From NCBI GenBank assembly GCA_963723075.1, contig CAVRPD010000001.1:53726-117725 (forward strand): a stretch of DNA of 64,000 bases. The letters run 5' to 3'. Source of the stretch: an uncultured Solirubrobacterales bacterium. Lineage in GTDB: Bacteria > Actinomycetota > Thermoleophilia > Solirubrobacterales > Solirubrobacteraceae. The notes below the pieces were generated by a model. It saw only the letters and a program-made list of their open reading frames with translations, did not search any database and had not been told where the DNA came from. Below, piece by piece: positions 17,854-27,203 of the stretch; positions within the stretch are counted from its first letter, which is position 1; each line of letters starts with the position of its first letter. Made by a program: the position numbers and the translations under genes.

Positions 17854-18735
17854 ATGAGTCTTGACCATCCGGTAGTCATCACCTGCTCGATCTCCGGCGC
17901 GATCGCCAACCGTGCGCAGTGCCCGGCGATCCCGTATACGCCGGCCGAGTACGCGGCGGAGGCGCGGCGGATCGTGGACGAGGGTGGCGTGATGATCCAC
18001 ATCCACGCGCGCAAACCGGACGGTACGCCGTCGTATGAGATCGAGGATTTCGCCGCGATCAGCGAGGCGATCCGCGCGGAGGTGGGCGACGCGGCGATCG
18101 TGAACTTCTCGACGGGCACGATCGGCGTCCCGGTGGAGAAGCGGGTCGAGTACCTGCGCGCCTGCCGGCCGGAGGTGGCGGCGCTGAACATGGGCTCGAT
18201 GAACTACGCGAAGTATTCGCGCACGCGCAAAGAGTTCGTTTTCAAGATGGTGTTCGCCAACCCGTTCGACGAGATCATCGAGCTGCTGGAAGCGATGAAC
18301 GAGCTGGGAATCAAACCTGAGCACGAGTGCTTCGACATCGGCCACGTCGGCTCGCTCGCGCCGCTGATCGACATGGGCGTGCTGAAGACGCCGCTGCACG
18401 TCGACTGCGTGATGGGCGTCGTCGGCGGCATCCCGCCGAGCGCGCGCAACCTCGCGGCGATGGTCGAGAACCTGCCGGCGGGCTCGCACTGGGGCGTGAT
18501 CGGGATCTCGCGCGAGCAGTGGATGCTCGTGTCGGCGGCGCTGACGCTCGGCGGATCGATCCGCGTGGGCCTGGAGGACAACCTGTATCTGCCGAACGGC
18601 GAGATGGCGAAGTCGAACGGCGAGCTGATCGCCAAGGCGCGGCAGATGACCGAAGATGTCGGCCGCCGCCCTGCGACCGTGGCGGAGGCCCGCGCGATGC
18701 TGCACGTGACCCAGCGTGCGGGGAGCACGGCGTGA
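17854..18735 (+). CDS. Beta-keto acid cleavage enzyme family (BKACE/DUF849, 3-keto-5-aminohexanoate cleavage-like)
   Basis: 293 aa with 'VVITCSISGA', 'MIHIHARKPDGTPS', 'NMGSMNY' and 'IRVGLEDNLYLPNGE', typical of the BKACE TIM-barrel family. Confidence 0.85.
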   Translation: MSLDHPVVITCSISGAIANRAQCPAIPYTPAEYAAEARRIVDEGGVMIHIHARKPDGTPSYEIEDFAAISEAIRAEVGDAAIVNFSTGTIGVPVEKRVEYLRACRPEVAALNMGSMNYAKYSRTRKEFVFKMVFANPFDEIIELLEAMNELGIKPEHECFDIGHVGSLAPLIDMGVLKTPLHVDCVMGVVGGIPPSARNLAAMVENLPAGSHWGVIGISREQWMLVSAALTLGGSIRVGLEDNLYLPNGEMAKSNGELIAKARQMTEDVGRRPATVAEARAMLHVTQRAGSTA

Positions 18736-18793
18736 GGACCGCGCTTAGAAGGCGGCCCACCGGCCGCTGCGGGCGTGCGCGTGGGGGACCGCG

Positions 18794-20059
<1,266 letters not shown>

Positions 20060-20123
20060 GCCGGTCCGTCGGGGCTCGGGGCGCACAGCGCAGGCGGGTA
20101 TAGCGAGGACGAGCATAAAGAGC

Positions 20124-20891
20124 ATGGCGACAACGAGCATGAAGACAAAGGTACCCACCGCTTGGGACGGCAATCGAGATCGTGAGCAGCCGCCGCTGCT
20201 GAAGATGAGCGAGCTCGCGGAGCGCTCGGGCGTGAGCGCCGGGACGATCAGACACTACTTGCGCGAGGGTCTGCTCGGCGACGGCGCAGACATCGTCAGA
20301 ACCAGCCGCAATATGGCCTATTACCCGCCCGCGTACGTGCAGCGGATCGAGCTGATCAAGCAGCTGCAGGAGGAGCGGTTCATGCCACTGCGCGTGATCA
20401 AGGGCGCGCTCGCGGAGGACCCGGAGCGCGTGCGCGCGTTGATCGAGCTCGAGGATCGCATCCTCGAGAGCGCGCGAGCGGGAGCCGAGGAGCGTAGGCG
20501 CGTGCCCGCAAAGGAGCTGCGCGAACGCTACGAGATCCCGCGCAACGTGCTGCAGCGGCTGGCTGAGATCGGCGTGCTGACGCCAAATCGCAACGGCTAT
20601 GACCAGGACGACGTGAAGATCGTCGAGGCGATCGCGAGCTTCCGCGCGGGCGGCTACGACGAGGCGTTGGGGTTCACGGTGTACGACACGCTGCGCTATC
20701 GCGAGGCGCTTCAACCGCTCGTGCAGGCGGAGGTGCGCGCGCTGCTGGAGCGGCTGGCGGGCGAGGTCGAGGTCGAGCGCGCGATGGAGATCGTCGCGGC
20801 CGGCGTCGAGCCGCTCAGGGAGCTGATCGGCGCGATGCACTCGAAGCTGCTGCTGGCGGAGCTGCGCGAGCACCGCGCGCGCGGGCGTTGA
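20124..20891 (+). CDS. MerR-family transcriptional regulator
   Basis: HTH 'LKMSELAERSGVSAGTIRHYLREGLL' followed by a long helical C-terminal domain. The start may be an internal Met. Confidence 0.85.
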   Translation: MATTSMKTKVPTAWDGNRDREQPPLLKMSELAERSGVSAGTIRHYLREGLLGDGADIVRTSRNMAYYPPAYVQRIELIKQLQEERFMPLRVIKGALAEDPERVRALIELEDRILESARAGAEERRRVPAKELRERYEIPRNVLQRLAEIGVLTPNRNGYDQDDVKIVEAIASFRAGGYDEALGFTVYDTLRYREALQPLVQAEVRALLERLAGEVEVERAMEIVAAGVEPLRELIGAMHSKLLLAELREHRARGR

Positions 20892-20897
20892 GGCGGG

Positions 20898-21677
20898 CTA
20901 CCAGCGTGCGCGGTGGTGCTCGGTGACGCCGAGACCGTGAGCGAGGACGATATCGCCGGGGAGCGTGCCCGAGAAGGCGCCGAACGGCGCGCGGTAGTCG
21001 CTGCTCACGACCAGCAGGTTCTCGTGCCGGCGGCGCTCGGCCTCGGCGACGAAGCGCAGCTCGGAGCCGTCCTCTGCGCAGCGGACACAAGAGAGGTCCG
21101 GCGCGAAGCTGACGGGGGATACCTCGTGCGCGACACCGTCTACCCACACCGCGCGCTCCGAGCCCGTCGGCGGGTCGTTGACGCCCGCCACCAGATTCCA
21201 CGCGAGGGCCGCTCCGTCAGGGCTCTTGCCGACGCCGGCGCTCCACCACCACTCGGTGTGGCGGGCGTGATAGCCGGCGGTGTCGTCGATCGCCGCCAGG
21301 GCCTCGATCTTGCGCGGCGACTCGCCGTCGAGCGCGATCAGCCCCCGGGCGGGGACGCCGGCCTGCTTGCGCGTCCACACCTGTCCGCGCCCGTGCGTAC
21401 AGCGCGCTTGGATGCCTGCGCTCTCCACGAGCGAGAGATCGAGCAGGACGCCACCGTCGCGCACGCGCAACCGTCCGGGGCCCAGCTCGACCGCCCCGGG
21501 GCGTGGCAGCAGGCGGGTGCGCTCGCGCAGGCGCCCGTCAGCGCGGGAGAAGACCGCCCAGAAGGACTGTCGCGCCGGCCCGACTTGGATCAGCGCCGCG
21601 CAAGCCATCAGCTCCTCGCAGAACACGCCGACGTAGCGCCAGCGCTTCAGCGGTCGTCCGGCGCGCATGAGACGCAT
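20898..21677 (-). CDS. Hypothetical protein (DUF2804-like by recollection)
   Basis: Starts at MRLMRAGRPLKRWRYVGVF within ORF 20898..22232. It has a Trp-rich beta-type sequence ('HTEWWWSAGVG'). The upstream part of the ORF is shadow. Confidence 0.6.
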   Translation of the reverse strand: MRLMRAGRPLKRWRYVGVFCEELMACAALIQVGPARQSFWAVFSRADGRLRERTRLLPRPGAVELGPGRLRVRDGGVLLDLSLVESAGIQARCTHGRGQVWTRKQAGVPARGLIALDGESPRKIEALAAIDDTAGYHARHTEWWWSAGVGKSPDGAALAWNLVAGVNDPPTGSERAVWVDGVAHEVSPVSFAPDLSCVRCAEDGSELRFVAEAERRRHENLLVVSSDYRAPFGAFSGTLPGDIVLAHGLGVTEHHRARW

Positions 21678-21745
21678 CCGGGCGCCGTGCCGTGGTGACG
21701 CGTCCACAGCCGCCGCGCCGGCCACGGACGTTATGCTTGGAGTTG

Positions 21746-21761
21746 TTGACTGACCAGTCAA
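21746..21761. promoter_or_regulatory. Near-perfect 16-bp palindrome (putative TetR-type operator)
   Basis: TTGACTGA/CCAGTCAA has 7/8 complementary arms. It lies about 75 nt upstream of the nitrilase-TetR operon. Confidence 0.45.
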
Positions 21762-21834
21762 TCTATTCTGCGGATGGAGCTTCGGCGGGGCCTGAGGGAT
21801 CTGCGGTGAGATGTCTTTGGGAGGAGGGGCGTTT

Positions 21835-22698
21835 GTGAAGGTCGCGGCAGTACAGCTCAACTCCACCGCCGATCGCGCCGCGAACCTGGCCGGCGCCGAT
21901 CGCATCGCGCGCGCCGCGGCGGCCGCTGGCGCGAAGCTGATCGTACTCCCCGAGAAGTGGTCGGTCATCGGCTCCGCGGAGGATCTGCGCGCCGGCGCCG
22001 AGGAACTGGGCGCGGGGGAGGGCGATCGCGGTGGGTCGGCCGATGGGCCGGCGATCGCGTGGGCGCGTGACCTTGCGCGCGAGCTGCAAGTCGACCTGGT
22101 CGCGGGCTCGATCGCCGAGCGCGTGCCCGGCCGGAAGAAGCTCGCCAACACCTCCGTGCACGTCGATCCGCGTGGAGAGATCAAGGCGGTGTACCGCAAG
22201 GTGCACATGTTCGACGTCGAAATCGACGGCAAGGCCTATCGCGAGTCCGACGTAGAGGAGCCGGGCGGGGAGATCGTCGTCTCGCGGACCGTCGACGGCG
22301 TCGAGCTGGGAATGTCGATCTGCTACGACCTGCGCTTCCCCGAGCTGTTCCGGATCCTGGCCGTGCGCGGCGCGCGCGTGATCGCGCTGCCTGCGGCGTT
22401 CACGCTGCCGACCACGCGCGCGCACTGGGAGACGCTCGTGAAGGCGCGCGCGATCGAGAACCAGGCGTTCGTGATCGCGGCAAACCAGATCGGCCCCCAT
22501 CCAGGCGGGATGCGCTCGGGCGGGCGCTCGATGATCGTCGACCCGTGGGGCATCGTGCTGGCGCAGGCGCCCGACGGCGAGGGTCACATCGTCGCCGAGC
22601 TCGATCTCGCGCGCCAGCTTCAGATCCGCACAGAGCTGCCGTCGCTCGCCAACCGTCGCCCGGCGGCCTACCGCTGGCCTGAGGGGGTGCAGGCGTGA
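21835..22698 (+). CDS. Carbon-nitrogen hydrolase (nitrilase superfamily)
   Basis: 'VKVAAVQLNS', 'LIVLPEKW' and 'ICYDLRFPELFR' (catalytic Cys block). The GTG at 21835 is preceded by GGGAGGAGGGG. Confidence 0.85.
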   Translation: MKVAAVQLNSTADRAANLAGADRIARAAAAAGAKLIVLPEKWSVIGSAEDLRAGAEELGAGEGDRGGSADGPAIAWARDLARELQVDLVAGSIAERVPGRKKLANTSVHVDPRGEIKAVYRKVHMFDVEIDGKAYRESDVEEPGGEIVVSRTVDGVELGMSICYDLRFPELFRILAVRGARVIALPAAFTLPTTRAHWETLVKARAIENQAFVIAANQIGPHPGGMRSGGRSMIVDPWGIVLAQAPDGEGHIVAELDLARQLQIRTELPSLANRRPAAYRWPEGVQA

Positions 22699-23327
22699 GC
22701 GCCGCACGCGCAAAGGCCACGCGGGACAAGCGGCGCCTGATCCTCGACGCGGCCGTGCGCGTATTCGCGCGTCAGGGCTTTCACGCCTGCCGGGTCGCGG
22801 ACATCGCCGACGAGGCAGGCGTCGCCTACGGCCTCGTGTATCACTATTTCGCCTCCAAGGACGAGATCCTCGACACGCTTTTCCTCGAGCGCTGGAACGT
22901 GATGCTCGAGACGATCCGGGAGGTCGATTCGAAGGCGATCCCGGTGCGCGAGAAGCTCGAGGCGATCGCCTCGTTCATCGTCGACAGCTATCGCCACGAC
23001 CCCGACCTGATGAAGGTCATCATCGTCGAGGTCACGCGCGCGGCGAACTCGTTCGGTCAGACCCATCTTGGCCAGATCCGCGAGGCGTACGAGCTGATCG
23101 GCGAGATCGTCGTCAAGGCCCAGGCGGAAGGCGTGTTTCGCCCGGAGATCGACGCGCAGTTCGCGGCGATGGCTTTCTACGGCGCGATCGAGCAGATGCT
23201 CACCGGCTGGATCTTCGGCCTGCTGCCGCAGGGGGAGGAGCAGTTCGAGCGCGCGAAGTGGCTGGTGCTCGAAACCGTCTGCGGAGGCCTCGAGCGTGAT
23301 GCGGTGGGTGAGGCGCCCGCCGGATGA
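22695..23327 (+). CDS. TetR-family transcriptional regulator
   Basis: 'ILDAAVRVFARQGFHACRVADIADEAGVAYGLVYHYFASKDEIL'. The GTG overlaps the upstream stop (GTGA). Confidence 0.9.
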   Translation: MSAARAKATRDKRRLILDAAVRVFARQGFHACRVADIADEAGVAYGLVYHYFASKDEILDTLFLERWNVMLETIREVDSKAIPVREKLEAIASFIVDSYRHDPDLMKVIIVEVTRAANSFGQTHLGQIREAYELIGEIVVKAQAEGVFRPEIDAQFAAMAFYGAIEQMLTGWIFGLLPQGEEQFERAKWLVLETVCGGLERDAVGEAPAG

Positions 23328-23412
23328 CCCCCGTGGCCCGGCCGCGGGCGGGGGAGGAGGATTGGATGCGACCTCCGCGGGGAATAGACTGACGCAGATG
23401 AAGGAGAACGAG

Positions 23413-23535
23413 ATGGCCAAGCGCCTCATGTGGTCGGCCCTGCTCGCGGGGATCGGTGCACTGACGAGCATCCTCGCCAACCGCGCCGCGGGCCTGATCT
23501 GGCAGCGCGTCTTCAACGAGGAACCGCCCGAGTGA
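23413..23535 (+). CDS. Small membrane protein (DUF4235-like N-terminal helix, 40 aa)
   Basis: MAKRLMWSALLAGIGALTSILANRAAGLIWQRVFNEEPPE. The ATG is preceded by GAAGGAG. The longer ORF-track N-terminus is Gly/Pro/Arg-rich. Confidence 0.5.
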   Translation: MAKRLMWSALLAGIGALTSILANRAAGLIWQRVFNEEPPE

Positions 23536-24059
23536 GCGCCCACTCCTCGCCGCCCCCGGGGCGTCCCCCGGTCGATCCGAGCCCGCCGCACAACATCGCG
23601 ACGGCCATCACCGAGGTCTCCGAGCGGGCGACGCTGCTGGTCCGCGAAGAGATCGAGCTGGCCAAGGCCGAGGTCGCCGAGAAGGCGGCGAAACTCGTCA
23701 AGGGCGCGATCGTCGGCGCGGCCGCCGGGATCTTCTTCGTGATGGCCCTGATCTTCGCGCTCGTCGGCTGCGCGTGGCTGCTCTACTACTTCCTGCCCGG
23801 CAACGACTGGACGTTCTTCTGGGGCTTCTTCGCGATGGCCGTGATTCTGCTCGTGCTGGGCGTCCTCGCCGGCCTGATCGCCGCCAGGGCGGTCAAAAAA
23901 GGCTCGCCGCCGGTGCCGAGCATGGCGATCGAGGAGGCTCGCAAGATCCGCGAGTCCGTCAGCGCCGCCGGGCCGGCCTCCGCTGTCGCCGACACACCGA
24001 TGGCGCAGGCCTCACCCGTGGCCTCCACGCCCGCGTCGACTGCGCAGGGAAAGAGCTGA
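23532..24059 (+). CDS. Actinobacterial 'holin-X'/phage-holin-family-like membrane protein
   Basis: It begins with an amphipathic 'LVREEIELAKAEVAEKAAKLVKGA', followed by two TM helices. The GTG overlaps the upstream stop. Confidence 0.65.
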   Translation: MSAHSSPPPGRPPVDPSPPHNIATAITEVSERATLLVREEIELAKAEVAEKAAKLVKGAIVGAAAGIFFVMALIFALVGCAWLLYYFLPGNDWTFFWGFFAMAVILLVLGVLAGLIAARAVKKGSPPVPSMAIEEARKIRESVSAAGPASAVADTPMAQASPVASTPASTAQGKS

Positions 24060-24271
24060 TGGCGCAGCGCTCGCCGGCGGAGATCCGCAGCTCGATCGAG
24101 AGCAACCGCATGGAGCTGGCGGTCTCGGTCGAGCGCCTGCGCGGAGAGGTCACCCACCTGACCGACTGGCGCGGGCACGTGCAGCGCCACCAGCGCGAGC
24201 TGACGATCGGCGCGGCCGTTTTGGGCCTCGCCATCGGTGTGCGCTTCATGCGTCGCCGACGCCGGTCCTGA
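24059..24271 (+). CDS. DUF3618-like small protein with a C-terminal TM helix
   Basis: MAQRSPAEIRSSIESNRMELAVSVERLRGEV...LTIGAAVLGLAIGVRFMRRRRRS. The ATG overlaps the upstream TGA. Confidence 0.65.
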   Translation: MAQRSPAEIRSSIESNRMELAVSVERLRGEVTHLTDWRGHVQRHQRELTIGAAVLGLAIGVRFMRRRRRS

Positions 24272-24362
24272 GAGCCGCCTGGCGCCGACAGCTGTGGTGA
24301 CCGGCGCCGGCAGCGCTGGACGAAGGCGCGCGCGCACGTGTCTCCCGTAAAAACCCCTCCGG

Positions 24363-25229
24363 CTATGCCAGAAGGGTTCGCGGCACCGCTCCGACGCCGA
24401 TCAGCCCGGGGCCCGTGTAGGTCCCGATCACCGGGCCGACCTCGGAGGTGAAGACGGGCTCGGAGTCGAAGATCTCACGGCAGCGGTCGATCAGGCGCTG
24501 CGCCTGCTCGGGCGCCTGGATGTGCTGCACCACCCACCCGTCGGACCCGTTCGCGTGCAGCTCCTGCGCGTATCGGACCATGCGCTCGAACGCGCGTCCG
24601 GCCGTACGTACGCGCTCGACCGGCACGATCTCGTACTCGAGCGACAGGATCGGCTTGATCTTCAGCGTCCCGCCGATCCAAGCCTGGGCCTTGCCGACGC
24701 GCCCGCCGCGCCGCAGGTACTCGAGCGTGTCCAGGCAGAACCAGATTTTCAGTGCCCTGCGCGTCTCGCGCACGCGCGCGACCACGGCGTCTTTGTCCCC
24801 CTCCGCGCGGGCCGCCGCGCATGCGGCGAGCGCCAGCAGGCCGGTCCCGCCGCATGCGGTCTCGCCGTCGATCACCTCCACCCGCTCGCCCAGCCCGCGC
24901 TCGGCCAGCAGCCCGTGCGCCTGGCGCGCGGCCTCGCATGTGCCAGAGATGCCGCCCGCCAGATGGATCGACACGACGTCCTTTCCCGCCTCGATCAGCG
25001 GCTCCCACACGGTCAGGAAGTCGCCGATCGAAGGCTGCGAGGTGGTCGGCAGCTCCGTGTCCGAGCGCAACCGCTCGTAGAACCCGTCGAACTCGCCCGC
25101 CAGCTCGAGCTCGCGCTCGGAGGCCTCCTGCCAGCCGACGTACAGGCTGACCTGATGGATGCCTTCCCTGTCCGCGAGCGCACGCGGCAGGTAATGCGTG
25201 CTGTCGGTCGCGACCGCTACAGAGGGCAT
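24363..25229 (-). CDS. DegV-family fatty-acid-binding protein
   Basis: Starts at MPSVAVATDSTHYLP. It has 'TTSQPSIGDF' and 'VSIHLAGGISGT', in 288 aa within ORF 24363..25475. Confidence 0.88.
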   Translation of the reverse strand: MPSVAVATDSTHYLPRALADREGIHQVSLYVGWQEASERELELAGEFDGFYERLRSDTELPTTSQPSIGDFLTVWEPLIEAGKDVVSIHLAGGISGTCEAARQAHGLLAERGLGERVEVIDGETACGGTGLLALAACAAARAEGDKDAVVARVRETRRALKIWFCLDTLEYLRRGGRVGKAQAWIGGTLKIKPILSLEYEIVPVERVRTAGRAFERMVRYAQELHANGSDGWVVQHIQAPEQAQRLIDRCREIFDSEPVFTSEVGPVIGTYTGPGLIGVGAVPRTLLA

Positions 25230-25255
25230 TCGGCGCGGGACGCTACACCAACGCC

Positions 25256-25651
25256 TTACGCCAACGCCTGAGCGAGCTCTCCCGACTCGTACATCTCGGT
25301 GACGATGTCGCACCCGCCGATCAGCTCGCCCTTCGCGAACAGCTGGGGGATCGTAGGCCAGTTGGAGATCGCCGAGAGTTCCTGGCGGATGCGCGGGTCG
25401 GGCAGGACGTCGACGGCGGCGAACGGCACGTCCAACTCCTGCAGCGCGGCGACCGTGCGCGCGGAGAAGCCACATGCCGGCGCCTCGGGTGTGCCCTTCA
25501 TGAACAGGATCACCTTGTGCTCTGCGATCGCCTCTGAGATCGCGTCGCGGATCGGGTTCTGCTCGCCGGCCGGCGGCGACTCGGCGACGGGGCTGGACTG
25601 GTTGCTCGACATCGGAAGGTCTCGCATGGTGCTGGGCTCGCTGTTTGGCAT
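25256..25651 (-). CDS. Monothiol glutaredoxin (Grx4 family)
   Basis: 'VILFMKGTPEAPACGFS' contains the CGFS active site, followed by 'WPTIPQLF' and 'GGCDI'. The N-terminal extension and start are uncertain. Confidence 0.88.
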   Translation of the reverse strand: MPNSEPSTMRDLPMSSNQSSPVAESPPAGEQNPIRDAISEAIAEHKVILFMKGTPEAPACGFSARTVAALQELDVPFAAVDVLPDPRIRQELSAISNWPTIPQLFAKGELIGGCDIVTEMYESGELAQALA

Positions 25652-25662
25652 GAGAAGGCTCC

Positions 25663-25714
25663 TGGCTTTGCTGTGGGGGGGTCTGCTCTCTTGGCTTTGC
25701 TGTGGGGGTCTGCT
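25663..25714. repeat. Tandem duplication (~23-25 nt) in the bolA-grx spacer
   Basis: tggctttgctgtgggggggtctgct (25663-25687) and tggctttgctgtgggggtctgct (25692-25714). Confidence 0.8.
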
Positions 25715-25746
25715 GAAGCGCTGGTCGTGGAGGTGAGGCTGGGTCG

Positions 25747-25992
25747 TCAGTGCGTCGGGGCCCGGGCGGGGGCCTGCGTCTTCAGCGACAGCGCGTGGAT
25801 CGCGCCGCCGATCTCCGCGCCGAAGACGTCGTAGACGAGGCGGTGCTGCGCGATGCGGCTCAGCCCCGCGAACGCCGCCGCGGTGACGGTCGCACGAAAG
25901 TGGTCGCCGCCGCCGGTGTAGTCCTCGACTTCGGCTTGCGCCCCGGGAATCGCGGCCTCGATGCGCTGCTTGATCTGCTCTGGATCCGGCAT
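25747..25992 (-). CDS. BolA-family protein
   Basis: 81 aa with 'GGGDHFRATVTAAAFAGLSRIAQHRLVY...IHALSLKT', the BolA/IbaG signature layout. Confidence 0.85.
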   Translation of the reverse strand: MPDPEQIKQRIEAAIPGAQAEVEDYTGGGDHFRATVTAAAFAGLSRIAQHRLVYDVFGAEIGGAIHALSLKTQAPARAPTH

Positions 25993-26054
25993 TTCACCTT
26001 CAGCTTAGCCGCTATACTTTGGAAAGTCTTGAAGCCGTCCACAGGAGCGAAGCG

Positions 26055-26408
26055 ATGATCGAGATCAGCGACAAGGGTGCCGAGAAGGTCCACGAGTTCC
26101 TCACCTCGCAAGCGGCGGACGTGAGCGTGGCGGGCCTGCGCGTGGGCGTCCGCGGCGGCGGCTGCTCCGGCTTTCAGTACCAGCTGGCCTTCGACGAGCA
26201 GCGCTCCGACGACGTCGTCTTCCAGAGCCACGGGCTGAAGCTGCTCGTGGACAAAGAGAGCCTGCCGTTCGTCAGCGGCTCGACGATCGACTACGAGGAA
26301 AGCCTCCAGGGCGCAGGCTTCAAGGTGTCGAATCCCAACGTCGTCGCCGCCTGCGGCTGCGGCTCGTCGTTCAGGGTGGCCGAGGAGGAGCAGGTCTCAG
26401 CCGTCTGA
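26055..26408 (+). CDS. HesB/IscA/ErpA-type iron-sulfur cluster insertion protein
   Basis: MIEISDKGAEKV..., 'GGGCSGFQY' and C-terminal 'CGCGSSF'. The ATG is preceded by AGGAG. Confidence 0.9.
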   Translation: MIEISDKGAEKVHEFLTSQAADVSVAGLRVGVRGGGCSGFQYQLAFDEQRSDDVVFQSHGLKLLVDKESLPFVSGSTIDYEESLQGAGFKVSNPNVVAACGCGSSFRVAEEEQVSAV

Positions 26409-26423
26409 CGGCCGTCAGACGGT

Positions 26424-27116
26424 GTGAGTAGGGTGCGGCTCGCCGTGTCCTATGCATTGCCCGGCTCTTTCCGCCGCCTGATCCCCGATCGCCTGCGCGA
26501 CGACGTGCGGCTGCGTGCGCTCGCCGTCGGGCTCGGCCTGATCCCACCGCGCACGATGCACTCGGCCGAGGATGCCCGCGTGCTACTGGACGCCGCGCGT
26601 GGCGCGCGGCGCGTGGTCGAGATCGGCGTCTACGAGGGCTCCTCCGCGCTTGCGCTCTGCGACGCGCTGGAGGCGGACGCGGAGCTGCACCTCGTCGACC
26701 CCTTCGGCCGTCATCCCGATGCGCTTCCCTCGGGATGGGGCGCGACCGAGTGGGCCACGCGACGCGTCGTCGCGCGCGCGGCGCGGCGGCGCGGGAGACG
26801 GGCGCCGAGCGTCCATTGGCACGTCATGCTCTCCGCAGAGCTCGCCTCGCGCTGGTCGGGCGAGGCCGACCTGGTGTTCGTCGACGGGGACCACTCCGAG
26901 TCCGGCTGCGAGCTCGACTGGGACCGCTGGAGCCCCTTCGTCCCCGTCGGCGGCCACGTCGTCTTTCACGACGCACGTGCCGACCAGCCCGGCGGCCGGG
27001 GGCTGCCAGGCCCCACTGCGGTCCTCACGCGCCGCTTCCGCGCGGGCTCGCCCCCGCCGGGCTGGGAGATCGCCGCCGAGGCCGATCGCACGGTCGCAGT
27101 GCGGCGGATGTCCTGA
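26424..27116 (+). CDS. Class I SAM-dependent methyltransferase (O-methyltransferase-like)
   Basis: 'VVEIGVYEGSSALAL' (motif I) and 'LVFVDGDH'. GTG start. Confidence 0.7.
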   Translation: MSRVRLAVSYALPGSFRRLIPDRLRDDVRLRALAVGLGLIPPRTMHSAEDARVLLDAARGARRVVEIGVYEGSSALALCDALEADAELHLVDPFGRHPDALPSGWGATEWATRRVVARAARRRGRRAPSVHWHVMLSAELASRWSGEADLVFVDGDHSESGCELDWDRWSPFVPVGGHVVFHDARADQPGGRGLPGPTAVLTRRFRAGSPPPGWEIAAEADRTVAVRRMS

Positions 27117-27120
27117 AAAT

Positions 27121-27179
27121 GATTATGTCTACAAGGATAATCTCTTCTGGCATGTGATTTATTATGTTGACAGACATAA
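27121..27179. promoter_or_regulatory. Nested inverted repeats in an AT-rich island (putative operator sites)
   Basis: ATTATGTC (27121-27128) is complementary to GACATAAT (27172-27179). TTATGT-tgacag-ACATAA (27161-27178) overlaps the -35 element. ATAAT(C/G) motifs are repeated. Confidence 0.5.
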
Positions 27180-27195
27180 TGTAATGTGGCATAAT
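27166..27195 (+). promoter_or_regulatory. Near-consensus sigma70-type promoter; predicted leaderless transcript
   Basis: TTGACA (27166-27171), an 18-nt spacer, then CATAAT (27190-27195). The GTG start at 27204 is 9 nt downstream with no Shine-Dalgarno sequence. Confidence 0.55.
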
Positions 27196-27203
27196 CACCC
27201 ACG

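Noticed and set aside
23532-24059. Prophage lysis cassette (holin)
   Set aside because: There is no endolysin, spanin, terminase, capsid, tail or integrase gene anywhere in the window, and no att-like flanks. I treat it as a chromosomal holin-like membrane protein.
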